A stretch of 56,983 nucleotides of DNA from a virus. Taxonomy: Duplodnaviria > Caudoviricetes. The number at the start of each line of letters is the position of its first letter. Position 1 is the stretch's first letter. The translations under genes were made by a program, and so were the position numbers. Positions 55,170-56,983 of this stretch are shown in pieces. The stretch is taken from the IMG/VR virus record IMGVR_UViG_3300036772_000333, positions 1 to 56,983 of that record; one strand, written 5' to 3'. A model generated the notes under the pieces. That model was given only the letters and a program-made list of their open reading frames with translations, did no database searches and was not told the origin of the DNA.

Positions 55170-55546
55170 TAGTTGCTCGAATCACTCGCGCAGATAGTGA
55201 CCTTGTCGCCCGAGGAGCTGCCATCGATGTAGTATCGACTGATGTCCAAGACGCTCTCCGTCAAGGGGTCGTTGGGAAACCCCACATACGGTTGATTGGG
55301 TCCGATCACCGCAACCGTCCGGTTGACATCGCGCCCCGCGAAAGGGCCGTCGTTGATATAGACCAGACCCGTATTACCGGGAGTCGATAAAGTCAACTGA
55401 CGGCAGGATGCGGAGAACGGTTGGGTCGCCTTCTGCGCCCCGACGATGGAGGTCAGAGCGATAGGTGTGCCGGAGGTAATGGTGAAGGTACCGAGGGGCC
55501 AGACTCCGCCGATAGCATTGGTTTCAGGTCGGGACTGTGGTGGCAT
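55169..55546 (-). CDS. Small virion beta-protein (125 aa)
   Basis: AGGAG RBS; GTP..L...NTGLVYI...YYID....GD.V. Confidence 0.7.
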   Translation of the reverse strand: MPPQSRPETNAIGGVWPLGTFTITSGTPIALTSIVGAQKATQPFSASCRQLTLSTPGNTGLVYINDGPFAGRDVNRTVAVIGPNQPYVGFPNDPLTESVLDISRYYIDGSSSGDKVTICASDSSN

Positions 55547-55554
55547 GTATTCTC

Positions 55555-56196
55555 CTAGTAAACTGCTCCATTGTAAGCCTGAGCCGAGGGTGTCAGCCCG
55601 AGAGTCAGTGCCGTGCAAAATTGTGGGGTTACCGTATTCGCAGCACTCACGAAACACTGTGGTTGCACATTGGAAGGCTGCGTCCCGCCCGCACCGCTCA
55701 TCGTGCAGGACATGCCTGTGGTCGCGCCAGGTACCGTGATGGGTGTCTGGTTCGCACAGCCCAGCGTAATGAGAGCGCCGCCAATGTTTCCCGTAACAAA
55801 CTTGATCGGAGAGCTGCCCGCTGCGCCGGTGGCTCCTTGGGGTCCGGTGGCCCCGGTAGCCCCGGTATTTCCTGTTGGACCCTGAGCGCCTGTAGGGCCA
55901 GCCGGTCCGGTGGCTCCCATCATGCAATTGGAGTCCGCCGGCACCCACTGCAGTGCGGAGTTCTGGCAGAACAATGCAACCGCCGGGGGTGGAAAGTTGG
56001 CGGCCTGCCCTGTACTGGTCGTCGTCAGGGGAGTCCAGCCGTCTCCGGCGAAGGTAAAGGCTCCGACGGGGCTGGGGTTGGAGATGTTCTGCGCGACTCC
56101 ACGAAACAGGATGGCCGACGCCGATAGAAGCACGAATAGAAGCGAATAATTCATCATTCGTTTCATGAGCACTTGCTGCTGAGCGATACTCAACAT
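55555..56196 (-). CDS. Collagen-repeat fibre protein with signal peptide
   Basis: (G-X-Y)n GATGPAGPTGAQGPTG...; N-terminal KRMMNYSLLFVLLSASAILFRGVA|Q. Confidence 0.8.
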   Translation of the reverse strand: MLSIAQQQVLMKRMMNYSLLFVLLSASAILFRGVAQNISNPSPVGAFTFAGDGWTPLTTTSTGQAANFPPPAVALFCQNSALQWVPADSNCMMGATGPAGPTGAQGPTGNTGATGATGPQGATGAAGSSPIKFVTGNIGGALITLGCANQTPITVPGATTGMSCTMSGAGGTQPSNVQPQCFVSAANTVTPQFCTALTLGLTPSAQAYNGAVY

Positions 56197-56207
56197 ACTC
56201 TTTTCTC

Positions 56208-56819
56208 CTAAGAAAGCAGTCCTGCGAAGTCGGATGGTACCTCCGAAACCCCGGAGGTTGGGTTAGCCGCAATCTGTTGCGCGTTGTAAAGCCCCTGATA
56301 GGGGTCGGAGGCCCCGCCGATGGGAAGTCCGGTGGCAATCGAGGCAACACCGCTCGCAATGCCGCCTACCGCGTTATCCATCCGGCTCCGATTCGCCTGA
56401 GCCAATCCCGCCTCCGAGTTGATGTTCCCGGAGGCTTGACTCAGTAGATTCGTTCCCAGCCCAGCCTCTCCCGCCGCAGCCGAGGACTTCAGTTGCCCCT
56501 CTAAATCGATGATATTTCCACGAGACTGGCTTACGCCCGCCTGAGTCGCAGCGTTCAATCCCCCGGAGCGGTTTCCGAACTGAGCGTTGGCATTACGGGA
56601 CTGCTGTAACTGATCCTGATTCGCTTTGATCTCAGGGGCAAGCGCTTCGGCCTCTGCCGGTCCACCAGCCAGAATATCGCCATAGAAGTCATTCGCTGCG
56701 TTGACCGCGCCGGTGCCTGTACTGCTCTCCTGCGTCCCTAGCGTGCTGAGCTGGTTCTGCTCCGACTGCGTGGGGTTTCCCGAAAGTATGTCGAAAATAC
56801 TGCTTACGAGACTTCCCAT
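56208..56819 (-). CDS. DNA pilot / ejection protein-like
   Basis: AGGAG RBS; Gly/Ala/Gln/Asn-rich with G.RSG motif. Confidence 0.6.
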   Translation of the reverse strand: MGSLVSSIFDILSGNPTQSEQNQLSTLGTQESSTGTGAVNAANDFYGDILAGGPAEAEALAPEIKANQDQLQQSRNANAQFGNRSGGLNAATQAGVSQSRGNIIDLEGQLKSSAAAGEAGLGTNLLSQASGNINSEAGLAQANRSRMDNAVGGIASGVASIATGLPIGGASDPYQGLYNAQQIAANPTSGVSEVPSDFAGLLS

Positions 56820-56827
56820 GATCACTC

Positions 56828-56983
56828 CTAGGTTGCAGGCGTTTGAGCGGTTAGCCTTCCGCCGGAAAATGTCATGCTGCCTTGGGTTCCGCCAAGTGTC
56901 AGGGCAGCCGTGATGATTGTTACACTCAAACCCGCCGGTGTCGATACGGAAAATAAGCCTGTTGTCGCATCATAACCAACCAG
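56828..56983 (-). CDS. 3' end of the origin-spanning virion protein (...GSMTFSGGRLTAQTPAT*)
   Basis: Same frame as 787->1 after removing the 127-bp overlap; TAG at 56828-56830, followed by the GGAG RBS of the next gene. Confidence 0.8.
   Translation of the reverse strand: MVGYDATTGLFSVSTPAGLSVTIITAALTLGGTQGSMTFSGGRLTAQTPAT
56857..56983. repeat. 127-bp terminal direct repeat, copy 2
   Basis: Identical to 1-127. Confidence 0.97.

Noticed and set aside
1-56983. Alternative genetic code / stop-codon reassignment
   Set aside because: Core genes are full length in code 11, and TAA, TAG and TGA all act as real stops

Overview
The window is a complete, circularly permuted genome of a tailed dsDNA phage with a podovirus-like gene set. 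Unit length is 56,856 bp: bases 1-127 repeat 56857-56983, and one virion gene reads through the join. The host is probably a diderm soil bacterium; Acidobacteriota is my inference from the secreted beta-helix/CHB_HEX_C architecture. Modules: (i) leftward packaging, head, fibre and lysis operon 45416->20908; (ii) a second leftward tail nozzle/ejection operon 5443->origin->51797, preceded by about 730 nt of non-coding, highly structured sequence; (iii) a control region 6.2-8.8 kb with an XRE regulator and three paralogous Zn-ribbon proteins on leaderless mRNAs; (iv) rightward small early genes 8.8-14.3 kb; (v) leftward recombination/replication genes (Sak4-like ATPase, PD-(D/E)xK nuclease, SF2 helicase, lone primase Zn domain); (vi) a rightward operon of 4 glycosyltransferases and 3 methyltransferases with two homing endonucleases. 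I recognised no integrase, ParA, DNA polymerase, tRNA or CRISPR array. The most striking signals are three. First, the fibre/spike genes encode Sec-type signal peptides and paired cysteines, which suggests receptor-binding proteins that are exported and folded in the periplasm. Second, a ~500-nt minus-strand structured RNA lies back-to-back with a 77-nt C4/CI-like RNA carrying a UUGGCG loop. Third, there is a Zn-ribbon/leaderless switch with a shared operator-like motif. All function calls come from motif recognition by eye, not database searches.
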